In this document: piece by piece, positions 23,432 through 36,224 of the stretch
Layout: every line of letters begins with the position of its first letter
Numbering within the stretch: position 1 is the stretch's first letter
Assembly: GCA_030390025.1 (NCBI GenBank)
Contig: CM059432.1
Coordinates: 134,356,001 to 134,420,000 of the forward strand
Direction of reading: 5' to 3'
From: Squalus acanthias
Lineage: Eukaryota
DNA length: 64,000 bases
Position numbers and translations under genes: made by a program
The notes under the pieces: generated by a model
Databases searched by the model: none
Told to the model about the DNA's origin: nothing
Seen by the model: the letters and a program-made list of their open reading frames with translations, nothing else

Positions 23432-26400
23432 TTGGTGTCATCTGCAAATTTAGAAATTGTGTTTTTGATTCCAAAGTCTAAATCGTTAATATAAATTGTG
23501 AACAACAGTGGTCCCAACACTGAGCTTGTGGAACACCACTTCCCACCTTCTGCCAGTTATCCATTCTGCTACTTGTCCCCTGACTCTGCATGCTCTGACC
23601 TTATTTGTTAATCTGTTATGTGGTACCTTATCGAAGGCCTTTTGAAAATCTAGATAAATTACATCTACTACATTACCCTTGTCTACTCTCTCTGTTACCT
23701 CTTCAAGAAATTCAATGGGGTTGGTCAAGCAAGACTTTGAAATCCATGCTGACTATTCATTATTATTTTTGGTTTCTAGATGTTCTTCTATTTTCTCCTT
23801 TAGTAGGGATTCCATTATTTTTCCTACCACCGATGTTAAGCTGACTGGTCTGTAGTTTCCTGGACATGTTCTATCTCCCTTCTTAAATATCGGTATTACG
23901 TTAGCCATCCGCCAGTCCTCTGGCACTACACCCTGTTCTAACGAATTATTAAATATGTGCAGTAATGCTATTTCTTCCCTAGATTCTTTTAACATGCGCA
24001 GATGTAATCTGTCCAGAGCAGGGCTTTTATCCTCTGAGCTTGATTAGTTTATTTAATATTTCTCCTTTTTATTTTAAGTGCAGTTATCTTATTTCTAATC
24101 TCATCATCCGATGTCATATCCACCTGTTCTATCTCCCTGGTAAATACTGAAGCAAAGTAATTATTTAATATTTCTGCCATCTCTCCAGCACTGCTTGTGA
24201 TATTATCTTGTCCATCCCTTAGTGGCCCTCTTCCCATCCCGACTTTCATTTTTTTTTTATGTGCCTGTAAAATATTTTATAATTTTGTTTTATGTTCCTT
24301 GATAATTTAATTTCATAGTTCCTTTCTAATTTTTTTTAACTTTTCTCCTAATCTCTCCGTATGCTCTCTTGTCATGCTCTCCCCTGCTGTCCATGTACTT
24401 AGTGTATGCCTCTTTCCTTACCCTCAATTTTTCACATGTCTTTATTCATCCATGGTGTCTCATTAGTGTTTAGCTTGTTCTTGTTTTTTAGCAGAATATA
24501 TTTTTTCTGGACTCTGTTGAACACCGTTTTAAATATTTCCCACTGCTATTCTGCATCATTGTTTGCCAATATTGTTGTCCATTTTATTTTCCCAAGTTCT
24601 ATTCTCAGCCCCGCAATATCGGCTTTTCTCCAATCTATTACCCTGGTCTTCGTCATACTTATTTCCTTCTCAGTTATTATCTTAAAGTGTATTATATGAT
24701 AGTCACTATTGCCTGATGTTCCCCTACTTTTACTTCTCTTATCTGCTCTGGTTCATTCCCCATTACTAGATCCAATAGCGAATCCTCCCTTGGGCTTCTT
24801 ACATATTGGATTAGAAAGGAGTCCTGTACACATTGTAGGAACTCATTCCCTTTTCCCCTTTACCTACCTCTTCTGGCCAATTAATATTGGGGTAGTTGAA
24901 ATCTGCCATGATTATTATTCTATGTTTTTTACTCATTTCCCCAATTTGTTTGCATATTTCTTCCTCCACCTACCTCCACTATTAGGTGGTCTGTAGACTA
25001 CTGCTATTAGTGTGAGTGATCTTTTATTGGCCTAGAAATTCCGTTCCCTACGGGTGTGTACGCGCTGTGTACTCACCCGTAGGGCCAACGGAAGTGCCGG
25101 TTTTACGCATGCACTGCGCATGCGCTGGAAACCGGCACTTCTGTTCTCTGCAGAAAGGGCTTCCCGGGTCAAACGCCTGCGCCGGATAGGCAGCGCGTAC
25201 GGCAGAAACTTCCGTTTTTTTCACACTGGCTTGAGTCCAGGTAAGTCGGGAACAGCTGTACCTAGAAAAGCAGGTGCAAGGCCTGCTTTTAGCAGGCTAA
25301 TAATTTTTTTTTTTACTTTCTTAAACTTTTTCCACTGATTTATCATTTTAAAATACTTTAAAGAAAGGTAAGTTTATTTTTAGCCCCGTTAAAAACTTTA
25401 ATTATTTTTTTCAAAAATTTAAATTTTTGTTTAAAATAGTTAATTTATGTAATTTATAGTCATTTTAAAAATGTGATTTAAAAAAAAAAAATTATTTGAA
25501 GTTTTACTTATGTTTTGGGGCTGATCTCTATTCATAGATTTGATAGGTCTTCCTGTCAAATCTATGAATGGAGATTCCCTGCTCTGATTGGCTCCCCATG
25601 GCCCACGTGATCCCAGGGCGCTGCGAACTAGCTGCGTCCCTGGGATATGCGTGCCCTGCACACCGGCAGATTGAAGAGGCACAGTAACGGAATTCTGCGC
25701 CTCCCGGGAGCCCTCCGGTCCAGGCGCAGATTTTTCCGTATTGCAGCCCTCCGCCCGCGGGAGGGCTGCGAACGGAATTTCTGGGCCAATATCTTTTATC
25801 TCTATCCACATGGATTCTATTTTTGTCTTGCTCATAGCTGTGTCACTTTTTTCTACTGCCATTATGTTATCCCTAATAAGTACAGCTACTCCACCTCCCC
25901 TTTTTCCCCCTCTATCTTTTCTAAATATGTTATACCTTGCAATGTTTAATTCCCAGTCCTGATTTCTCTGTAGCCATGTCTCAGTAATCCCTACTATGTC
26001 TGGTTCCTCGCAACGTATTATTGCCTCCAGTTCCCCTGTTTTATTACAGACCCTGTGTGCTTTGCTGTACAGACAGTTTAACTTATTTTTAATAGCAGTT
26101 CCTCTCACTTTATTGTTAACCATCTTCTTACACTTCTGTTCTATAACTCTATTTACTCTCTGGCCATCAATGTCCTCCCTTACTTTATTCTTTCCTATGC
26201 TCTCCTTTCCTATTTTGTTTATATTTAGACTGATTTCATTTCTTGTAGATCCCTTCCACCCCTTCCATCTTGCTAGTTTAAAGCCTTTGCCACCTTCCTA
26301 TTTACCCTTTCCGCAAGGACATGGGTCCCATTCCGGTTCAAGTGGAGCCCGTCCCATCGGTACAGCTCCTTCCTGTCCCAGTACTGGTGCCAGTGTCCCA

Positions 26401-26610
26401 TGAAAAGGAACCCCTCTTTCCCACACCAGCCCTTTAGCCACGTGTTAATTCTCCTGATCTCCTTGACTGTTTCTATACCAATTTGCACGTGACTCCGGCA
26501 ATAATCCAGAGATTATTACCCTTGAGTTCCTGCTGCTTAATTTCGCTCCTAACTCCTGATACTCCCTCAGTAGGACCTCCTCCTTGTTCCTACTTATGTT
26601 GTTTGTTCCG
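22470..26610 (-). mobile_element. Long CR1 LINE: ORF1 esterase C-terminus, APE endonuclease, RT, 3' UTR; degenerate
   Basis: WCGKEGF...DGLHLN (SGNH-type ORF1), PDIVGITETWL...RGGGVA, VYRPP, PGNYRPVSLTS, YLDFQKAFDKVPH. Interrupted by MITE A3 and a (C)n(CA)n tract. Confidence 0.93.
25029..25787. mobile_element. MITE family A copy 3, inserted in the CR1 endonuclease domain
   Basis: TIRs GGCCTAGAAATTCCGTTC / GAACGGAATTTCTGGGCC, flanks ATT/AAT. Removing the element and 3 bp restores the frame EIKDNKRSLTLIAVVYRPP. Confidence 0.88.
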
Positions 26611-26611
26611 A

Positions 26612-27686
26612 CATGGGAGGGATGGACGAGAGAGAGGGGATCCTGGGCGATAGGGGAGGCAGGGACGCGAGAGAAAGGAATCCTGGGAGATTGGGGAGGG
26701 AGGGACGAGAGAGAGAGAGGGGGATCCTGGGAGATAGGGGATGGAGGTAGGGATGAGAGAGCGAGGGATCCTGGAAGATGTGGGCGGGATGGGCGAGAGA
26801 GAGGGATCCTGGGAGATGAGGGTGGGAGGGACGGATGAGCGAGAGAGAGGGGATCCTGGGAGATAGGGGAAGGATGGATGAGAGAGAGGGCATCCTGGGT
26901 GGGGGTGGAGGGGAGGGACAGATGAGACAGAGAGGGGATCCTGGGTGGGGGTGGAGGGACGGATGAGAGAGAGGGCGGGGATCCTGGGAGATAAGGGAGG
27001 GACGGACGAGAGAGCGGGGATCCTGGGAGATAGGGGAGGGGCGGACAAGAGAACGGGGATCCTGGGAGATAGGGGAGGGGCGGACAAGAGAACGGGGATC
27101 CTGGGAGATAGGGGAGGGGCGGACAAGAGAGTGGGGATCCTGGGAGATAGGGGAGGGGCAGACAAGAGAGCGGGATCCTGGGAGATAGAGGGACGGATGA
27201 GAGTGGGGATCATGGGAGATAGGGAAGGGACGGATGAGATGGAGAGGATCATGGGAGATAGGGAAGGGACGGATGAGATAGAGAGGATCATGGGAGATAG
27301 GGAAGGGACAGACGAGAGTGCGGGTGTTTGGAGGGGAAGGATGGAGAAGAGGGAGTGGAGGGGGGATGTGGGATGGAGGAGAGAAGAGGCTAGGGTTCAG
27401 GAGGGAGGGGAGAGTGGAAAAGGGAGGAGAAGGGAGAGAGAAACTTTTTTGCCAGTAGAAAATACCTTCTAATTGATTTCAGGAATCACTTAAAAAAAAA
27501 TGCTAGTCTGGGTCGGGGTGGACGAGAGAGAGCGGATCCTGGGAGATAGGGGAGGGAGGGACGAGAGAGAGAGGGATCCTGGGAGATAGGGGATGGAGGT
27601 AGGGATGAGAGAGTGAGGGGATCCTGGGAGATATGGGCGGGACAGGCGAGAGAGAGGGATCCTGGGAGATGAGGGTGGGAGGGACC
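26612..27686 (+). repeat. Purine-rich minisatellite (GGGATCCTGGGAGATAGGGGAGGG core, about 39 bp) in two blocks
   Basis: Tandem units at 26612-27320 and a second block at 27520-27686. Confidence 0.9.
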
Positions 27687-27938
27687 GCTAACTGATTTGC
27701 GACTCTGCCGAAGAGCAATTGGCCTCCAGCTGACCCGGGAAGGCACAGCGGTTGCATCTCATGGCCTTGAAGTGATAGACTAAGTTTTACACACACACAC
27801 ACACACACAGCTGCATTTTAGCAGCAGAAGAGTACTACAACAACTTGTATAGCGCCATTAACGTAGTAAAACATTCAAAGCATCTCACAGGAGCGATTGA
27901 TACTGAGTTTTCAAAGTTCTATGACAGTAAATTACATT

Positions 27939-28400
27939 TCAACTGTGGCTCAGTGGGTAGCACACTCGCCTCTGAGTCAGAAGGTTGTGGGTTCATAGTC
28001 CCACTCCAGGGACTTGAGCACATAAAGCTAGGCTGACACTCCAGTGCAGTACTGAGGGAGTGCTGCACTGTCGGAGGTGCCGTCTTTCGGATGAGACGTT
28101 AAACCGAGGGAGGTAGGAGAGGGACAGATGAGAGTGGGGATCATGGCACTATTTTGAAGAAGAGCAGGGGAGTTCTCCCCGGTGTCCTGGCCAATATTTA
28201 TCCCTCAACCAACATAACAAAAACAGATTATCTGGTCATTATCACATTGCTGTTTGTGGGAGCTTGCTGTGCGCAATTGGCTGCCGCGTTTCCCACGTTA
28301 CAACAGTGACTGCACTTCAAAAAGTACTTCATTGGCTGTAAAGCGCTTTGCGACGTCCAGTGGTCGTGAAAGGCTCTGTATAAATGCAAGTCTGTCTTTC
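27939..28400 (+). mobile_element. DeuSINE (SacSINE1-like) SINE with an internal replacement
   Basis: Colinear with the other copies except at 28110-28146. Confidence 0.85.
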
Positions 28401-28529
28401 TATTAGTATCTTTGTTTATATTGTTATGGTCTGGGTCATATGAAGGAGTATTTTCTTCAGTGTGTAAAGAGAAAAGATTTTTTACTAAACTGTCATTATA
28501 AATAAGGGAAAAATATAATCCCAACTTAT

Positions 28530-28975
28530 TTTTATATAGCGCCTTTAACGTAGTAAAACATCCCAAGGCACTTCACAGGAGCGCAATCAGACAACAAATG
28601 ACACCGAGCCACATGAAATGTTAGGACAGGTCAAAGAGGTCGGTTTTAGGAGCGTCTTAAAGGAGGGGAGAGGTTTAGGGAGGGAATTCCAGAGCTTAGG
28701 GCCGAGGCAGTTGAAGGCATGGCTGCCAATGGTGGAGCGATAAAAATTGTGGATGTGCAAGTGGCCAGAATTGGAGGAGCGCAGAGATCTTGTGGGGTTA
28801 CAGAGATAGGGAGAGGCTAAGCCATGGAGTGATTTGAACACAAGGATGAGAATTTTAAATTAGCTGCGTTGCTGGACTGGGAGCCAATGTAGGTCAGCGA
28901 GCACAGGGGTGATGGATAAATGGGACTTGGTGCGAGTTAGGATATGGGCAGCAGCGTTTTGGGTGAACTGAAGTA
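28530..28975 (-). mobile_element. L2 LINE 3' fragment
   Basis: FKSLHGLASPYL...RSLRSS...GPKLWNSLP and L2 tail. Confidence 0.85.
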
Positions 28976-29405
28976 CATTGTGCCTTACTTTGTATAAGGC
29001 TCCTCTGAGTTACTGTTTGATGTTCCACGGGACATCCGATAGTATTTTTAAAACATGGTTGATGGAGGTGATGTGGAACATCCAGTGACAAAGTGCAGTG
29101 GTGCACAAAGCAAAGTACACACCTCTACTAAACGTGTAGCACTTGAGATCTGGGTGGCACTGATCTCATGAAGACGGGCGATCACAGTTGAACTCTAAGG
29201 ATTCTGACAATATATACAGTCCCTTATTGAATAAGTACAAATGCAGTACAATTAATCATGACTTTTGGATTGCATATTGTAGAAAGTGGGCTGACGATTC
29301 TGCACTGGCATAAGAGAGCTGGATTTAATAGTGCAAACTTGGGTACTTGGCTCATCGACGCCCATCTTCAAGAATCCAAATTAAACAAGTGCCAGTATAA
29401 AAATG

Positions 29406-29494
29406 AGAAGTCGCACAACACCAGGTTATAGTCCAACAGTTTTATTTAAAATTACGAGCTTTCGGAGCTGCTGCCCCTTCGTCAGGTAAAGGTA
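29406..29494 (-). mobile_element. Short hammerhead-bearing Penelope-like insertion (family B)
   Basis: 13-bp TSD CAGTATAAAAATG (29393-29405, 29495-29507). Minus strand TTAC-CTGACGA-A-GGGGC-AGCA-GCTCC-GAAA-GCTC-GTAA. Confidence 0.72.
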
Positions 29495-30229
29495 CAGTAT
29501 AAAAATGGATTAAGAGCACTCCACTCATTCGATGCCTCAAGCTGGCTTACTTTGTTTGGTCACCTTTTTATTCTCGGCGCTCTCCTGGCCAGTATTTGTA
29601 CTGCACTTAGAAACATACAGCACATTGGCACTCTTCACCCCTTTTACAGAATGCTCTTTAGGTATGGATTACAGATGTCAGTCACTTCAAGCCAATGACA
29701 GCCATGGCTTTGATTGTGAGAATAATTAATAATTAAATAAGAACCTTGTGCCATTAAGTGCTATTAGTTCTCTGGAGTAAACTGGTATGATTGATCTGTT
29801 CTGCATGCCTGTAGCCAAAGCAGATGACTTTGCAAACTCATTGTTTGCCTTAAAGCGGGATTGGACACATGAGAAAATATGCACAAAGAGCACTGAGGTG
29901 ACAAATATTTTTTAATATAAAACGACACAACCAAAATATTGTGTTGGAAATAAGAAAACATGCAGTCCTCTAAATTCTTTTCCTCTAAGATTTGTATCTA
30001 GGGTTGCCATATTTTTCTCCCACTAGATCTCCCTCTCCTCCCGGCATTAATTCCCTCACTGGAGCACAGTTCCGATGAGTGTCAGTGGACTATCCAGCTG
30101 TAAAGGACATTGTTGCAGAGCCCAATCCTATCCTCACCCAAGGTCCACACACACACTTTCAGTAGGAGTTGCTGAATAGCAATCTGAAACCCTGCACCAT
30201 TTTCCATTTGCTATTCCAGGGTGGTGGTA

Positions 30230-30705
30230 TTGGAAATGAGAAATTTCTTCACTCAGGGTTGTGAATCTTTAGAATTCTCTACCCTAGAGGGCTGCGGATG
30301 CTCAGTCATTGAGTATATTCAAGATGCGGAGATGCCGGTGTTGGACTGGGGTGGACAAAAGTGAGAAGTCGCACAACACCAGGTTATAGTCCAACAGCTT
30401 TATTTGAAATCACAAGCTTTCGGAGCGCTGCTCCTTTGTCAGGTGAAGTGAAGTATTTCTTCACTTCACCTGACGAAGGAGCAACGCTCCGAAAGCTTGT
30501 GATTTCAAATAAAGCTGTTGGACTATAACCTGGTGTTGTGAGTATATTCAAGACAGAGATCGATAGATTTTTGGATACTCGGTATCAAGGGATATGGGGA
30601 TAGTGCGGGAAGGTGAAGTTGAGGTAGAAGATCTGCCATGATCTTATTGAATGGCAGAGCAGACTCGAAGGGCCGAATGGCCTACACCTGCTCCTATTTC
30701 ATACG
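30230..30705 (+). mobile_element. CR1 3' fragment interrupted by a family B element
   Basis: Colinear with 1470-1725 and 63540-63795. Confidence 0.85.
30325..30538. mobile_element. Family B element with inverted terminal duplication (fold-back)
   Basis: 15-bp TSD TGAGTATATTCAAGA (30310-30324, 30539-30553). Inverted arms of about 82 bp. Hammerhead core at 30466-30502. Confidence 0.8.
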
Positions 30706-31619
30706 TCCTTGTGCATTGCCCCTACTGCTGCCCCAGTTAAGATCGGTTCGCTTGGAAAAGTCTGGGAATTGAACCTGCAAGTTCCCTGGTTCCTATGGTT
30801 CAGAAACATTACCTTTGGGCTGTGGAGATGCCATGGCTGCCAAATCCAAAACCAGGGGTAGCGATCGTGCTTTGAATTCTGAGGTTGGCCTTGCTGAAGC
30901 TGGAAATTCATTAAAACTTGAATAATTTAAAGTCTCCACATCACCGGGTGTGGGGGAAAAAAATCACATTTGAAAACTCATGTTTTGTTTACATATTAGA
31001 ATTTCCCAGTCACTTCACTCAAAAATCTGAGTGCCCAGTCCAAAATCTTCAGTTGTCTCGGCACCAGTCTGGGATATTTGCAGGGGCGGGCGGGACCAGA
31101 TTCAGGAGAATGTATCGTGTGTGAGGACGACCTGCTGATCTTACTGGATCAGTATTTGCTGGAAAGTTACAATGTTTTCATCGTGTATCAGTGAAAGATA
31201 AGGACAGGCATTGCACAGCAGGGGGAAAGACAAGTATCAGCACTTTATGGTTTCCTATAATGCTCTTATCTTGCAGTCTATATATTTTTATGGCGAGCGC
31301 GAATCTTTAAAGATTTCGCCGGGGAGGAATGATAAGTCAACTTCCTTGTCAAATCATTTCTCTCTGGCTCAGACGTTCGAAATACAATTTAAGGTTTTTA
31401 ACCACAAAACTTAAGGAGAAATGCTTCGTCAGCTTGGAGCTTCTGTTCGTGGAGACATCACGTGGATCGCTTGCAATCAGTAAAAAAAATGGAAACAGTT
31501 TCTTTTAACTTGTCCTTTCCTTCGCTGCAGGAATAAAATGGGCCAGTTTTTTTTCCTGTAAAAAAAAATAATTTCGCTCTGTTTTATTTTTTGTTGCTTT
31601 TTTCCTTCCCCCCCCACAG

Positions 31620-32077
<458 letters not shown>

Positions 32078-32849
32078 TAAGTCCACATCTACTTTACAAA
32101 ACTTTCTTGCATGCCCTCATCGACCAGATGAATTGTTTTACTTTTGCAATGTACTTTCGAACTGTCGTCTTGTTTTGTATGGAAGCAGCAAAAAAACCAA
32201 ATTAAATATCAATATCTAATTCAGATATCCAGGCCAAAGCTTCTGGTGTAACGGCATGGATATCTTGTAGACTGCTTGCGAATTTCCACTGAGGGCAGTG
32301 CTCAAATGATGTGCTCCAGGATGCATGATTTTGAACTGCGTAAGATTAATTTGGTGACTAGTGGTATTTCAGCACAAAAGCCAAAAAGTAGATTGTATTA
32401 CTGCGATTTAATCCAAGTATTCTATGAATTGTGAGGTGGTTGTCTTTTTAATTAAAAAAATATTTGGCCAATCTTTGGGAAGTGAGAAGATCCATATTTA
32501 GTAATGATGCCTTGTGCAAGTGGTGTGATTATGACTAGTCCTGATTTATCTTCACATTGTGTGTTTGGCAAACTTTAGTGAACACTGTCTTAGTGACTTT
32601 GTGCTGGAATATAGTTCCATGGATGTGGGTACACTCCTCTTATCTGAAGTGGCCACTTTATACATGGGCATGGACAGTGAGTGCCAAATTTTGTTCATGG
32701 GGGCATCACAACTGAGTTTAATCCATGTGTGCATTCTCTCAACTTGGAGTCACCGGATAGCAAACAGCTTAGTACCACTGACAACATAAGTTATAGAGGA
32801 AGATGTCTTTTTACCTGAATATAAATTGAGCAGTTATAAAAAAAACAAT

Positions 32850-34081
32850 GGCCCAAAATTTGCTACAATGGCGATATTGGTGATGAACGGCATAAGCTAG
32901 ACCATTGGTGCTCCTTAATCCTCCAGTGGTGAATTCACGTCACAGTTTGCTGGAAAAATAATGCCCCAGAATTTGCTGGAGTGGGACATCTCACAGTGAG
33001 TTGGATTTTGTTCCTCACCCTTCAGCTCCAATTAATGTTGCGTCACAAATTGCTGGAAGTGAGAATTGATAAAGGAGCGGCGAGGGCAACAGGGCATCTG
33101 GGACCTGGTGAGCGACGGGACCAATAGTCTTCTGTCCTTAACCAATAAAATTTAAGCCATGATGTGGAGATGCCGGTGTTGGACTGGGGTGGACAAATGT
33201 GAGAAGTCGCACAACACCTGACTTCACATGACGAAGGAGCAGCGCTTCGAAAGCTTGTGATTTCAAATAAAACTGTTGGACTATAACCTGGTGTTGTGCG
33301 ACTTCTCAAATAAAATTTAAGGATTTGAATGGTTAGCGAAACTCTGAAGTGGCAACTTGGACATCTGATTATTTAAAGGAATCTCCCCCAATTAAATGCC
33401 TAATAGAACATGACACACAAACAGATGAATAAGATCGTCTCCTGCTCAGAGTTCAGATTGTTTTGCAGTTCATGAAATCAGGAGCTGAAGGCAGCTTGCT
33501 GCCTACACGCGAAAGCTATATATTTCACAGCAATTCAAAACATATGTTACTTGAGGAATCAGCATGGTGATTGTTGGTTTCTTAGAAATTAGTGGACCCA
33601 CATACTTTGAGGAGGGGGGGGGGGGGGCACGTGATTCTAAATTCTGACGAGCTGAAATTAATTTAGCATCGACTTTACTCCCAGCCAGAATCCACAACAA
33701 ATCAATTTAATCAGTTAATCCTGGTTGTGTGCTTTATGTGACATGTGCAGAACAATTATCATTTAATTGCTAACTGGTTTCAAAGTGGAAGGCCCTTGGA
33801 AACATAAAGGACCCCATTAGCTCCATTAAATACCAGCCCTAACTTTCCGCAGCAAGTTTAATTCGTTTTTCCAACACATGCAGCAATTTCTAGATGGTCA
33901 CGGGTGTTGACAGCGAGCTGCTGTTTTTTGCCAGGGTAACGGCGGAGCAGAGCAAATCGTCCAGCAATTTGTGGTGAGCATGGCCGTATCTCTTCCTCAC
34001 CACAAATTGTTTTTTTTTTTAACACACTTCTAACGGTGCGTGCCTTTAACTCACCGTTATTTTGCTAGCAAATTCTAGGCC
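32850..34081. mobile_element. Harbinger-like non-autonomous element with nested insertions
   Basis: Termini GGCCCAAAATTTGCTA / TAGCAAATTCTAGGCC. A second similar terminus near 32964 and a family B insertion inside. Confidence 0.55.
33157..33308. mobile_element. Family B Penelope-like short insertion
   Basis: 13-bp TSD AATAAAATTTAAG (33144-33156, 33309-33321). Partial inverted terminus and mutated hammerhead core (atgacga...gaaagctt). Confidence 0.75.
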
Positions 34082-34711
34082 AGATAGAATTACTGTACTC
34101 TGCAGTGAGCATAGTGCCGGATCGGGAGTAGCGTGGCCAATGTTGGACACATCAAGATACTGGGGCCTGGTACAGAATGGAAAAATAGGTTATTTAACAT
34201 GGATGCGTTGAGGAGCAATGGCTCCAATCAGATAATGTGGGAATGGGTCGCAGTATGTACGGACAGTGTCCAGGTCAGGTTTAATTTGATTGAGTTTTTA
34301 CTGAAACGGTATAAATATGTAAATTGGTGTTAAGGGACCCGTATGCAAAGTGTTGTCTCTCGGACTGCGTGCGATTTCCTAGCCATATTTAATTACTGCC
34401 TGCAATCCATGCATAGCGTGAAAGCTTAATAAATCATCATCTAAAAATATCAGTCAGCAGAAAATCAGAATATGCCTGGCTGTAAAAAAAAAAGCTTATT
34501 GTATTACTTACTTGAGGTTTAAGATGTCAGTGGCCTGCATTGATGAGGCCTAATGTAGCACCTTCACTGATGCCCTGCCTAAAATTAACCAGATCAAGAA
34601 TGAACCAAGGATCTTCCTGGCTGCTGCAATTGACCATCACTTCACATAATGCTTTTATCCACTGAGTTATTGGGAGAACCTTGTAACTACGCTTTTTATG
34701 AACAAGACATG

Positions 34712-35458
34712 GGGCCGGATATTCCGATCCCTACGGGTGTGTACGTGCTGTGTACCCACTCGTAGGGACATTGGAAATGCTGGTTTCAGGCATGCGCTGG
34801 AAACCGGCATTTCCGATCTGTCAAGAAAGCTCTTGACAGATCCTCCGGCTGCCCGAGAGAAGGGCCTCTGCGGGCGGATAGTTCCGCTTTTTGGAGACCC
34901 TCCGCCCGCAGAAAACACTTACAATTCTTGCGCCTGGTAAAAGCAGGCGTAAGGCTTGCTTTTACCAGGATAAGAGTTGAAAAAAGTAAAAAAAAAAAGA
35001 ATTTTTCCACTGATTTATCATTTAAAAATACTTTAAAGAAAGGTAAGTTTATTTTTAGCCCCATTAAAAACTTTATTTTTTTTCAAAAATTTAAATTTTT
35101 GTTTAAAATAGTTAATTTATGTAATTTCAAGTCATTTTAAAAATGTTATGTTTTAAAAAAAATTATTTGAAGTTTTACTATGTTTTGGGGGTGATCGCCA
35201 TTCATATATTTGACAGGTCTTCCTGTCAAATGTATGAAGGGAGATTCCCTTCTCTGATTGGCTCCCCATGGCCCACGTGAACCCAGGGACGCTGCGAACT
35301 ATATGCGCCCCTGGGATACGTGGGCCCTGCGCACTTGGAGTTTGGTGAGGCCCAGGAGCGGAACTGTGCGCCTCCCGAGAGCCCTCCGGTAAGGGCGCAG
35401 ATTTTTCCAGATCGCAGCCATCCGCCCGCGGGAGGCCTGCGATCAGAATATCTGGGCC
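34712..35458. mobile_element. MITE family A copy 4
   Basis: TIRs GGGCCGGATATTCCGATC / GATCAGAATATCTGGGCC. Confidence 0.88.
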
Positions 35459-35460
35459 AA

Positions 35461-35825
35461 TATAGAGGTCTTTAAGGTTATGAAAGGGTTTGATGGGGTA
35501 GACGTAGAGAAGATGTTTCCACTTGCGGGCGAGACCAGAACTTGGAGGCCATAAATATAAGACAGTCACCAATAAATCCAATAGGGAATTCAGGAGAAAC
35601 CTCTTTACCTGGAGAGTGGTGAGAATGTGGAACTCGCTACCACAGGAGTAGGTGAGGTGAGTAGCCTAGATGCATTTAAGGGAAGCTAGATAAACACGAG
35701 GGAGAATAGAATAGAAGGTTATGGTGCTGGGGTTAGATGAAGAATGGTGGGAGGAGGCTCGTGTGGAGCATAAACACTGGCAGAGACCATTTGGGCTGGA
35801 TGGCCTGTTTCTGTGCTGTTAATGC
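35461..35825 (+). mobile_element. CR1 3' fragment
   Basis: gaggtctttaaggttatgaaaggg...gtggaactcgctacc...ggcctgtttctgtgctg. Confidence 0.85.
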
Positions 35826-36224
35826 TACGTATGTTCTCAAATCGCTGTGGTTAAAATGGAATTTGTTGAAACATACTCTTGCCTTTGTAACCTTTGATTC
35901 TGTCCCACATTCTTTAAACCTGCTTTGTAACCTTTAGGATATTTAACTATATTCTTAAGTAAACTTAAATGCTGCAAATATTTTCATGGGAAGGGAACTC
36001 TCAGTGGCAGTGGAGTGACCCTGGGGAACCATGAGTATGTGTTCAGGGAGGTTGTGTATCCTGGCCAACTCCTCGGGTGGGAGTGGGAGTAGGACTAGAA
36101 CATAAAATGCCTTGTATCTAATTGACAGGCATTTTTAAAAATTAAATGCTTTTATCTTGTTCAACTTAAATTTAGGTCAAACTACATGGTCTTCCTTTAT
36201 AACTTTGTGTAAAATAAATTGCTA

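Noticed and set aside
20650..27686. Repeat arrays as CRISPR-like loci
   Set aside because: No unique spacers or cas genes, and the context is eukaryotic; these are simple minisatellites.
29999..30010. TAGGGTTGCCA matching the hAT-like MITE terminus
   Set aside because: No matching second terminus or body sequence found nearby.
31459..31464. CACGTG E-box upstream of the first coding exon as a CLEAR-type element or alternative promoter
   Set aside because: A single hexamer with imperfect flanks is expected by chance, and the strong acceptor at 31619 favours an intronic location.
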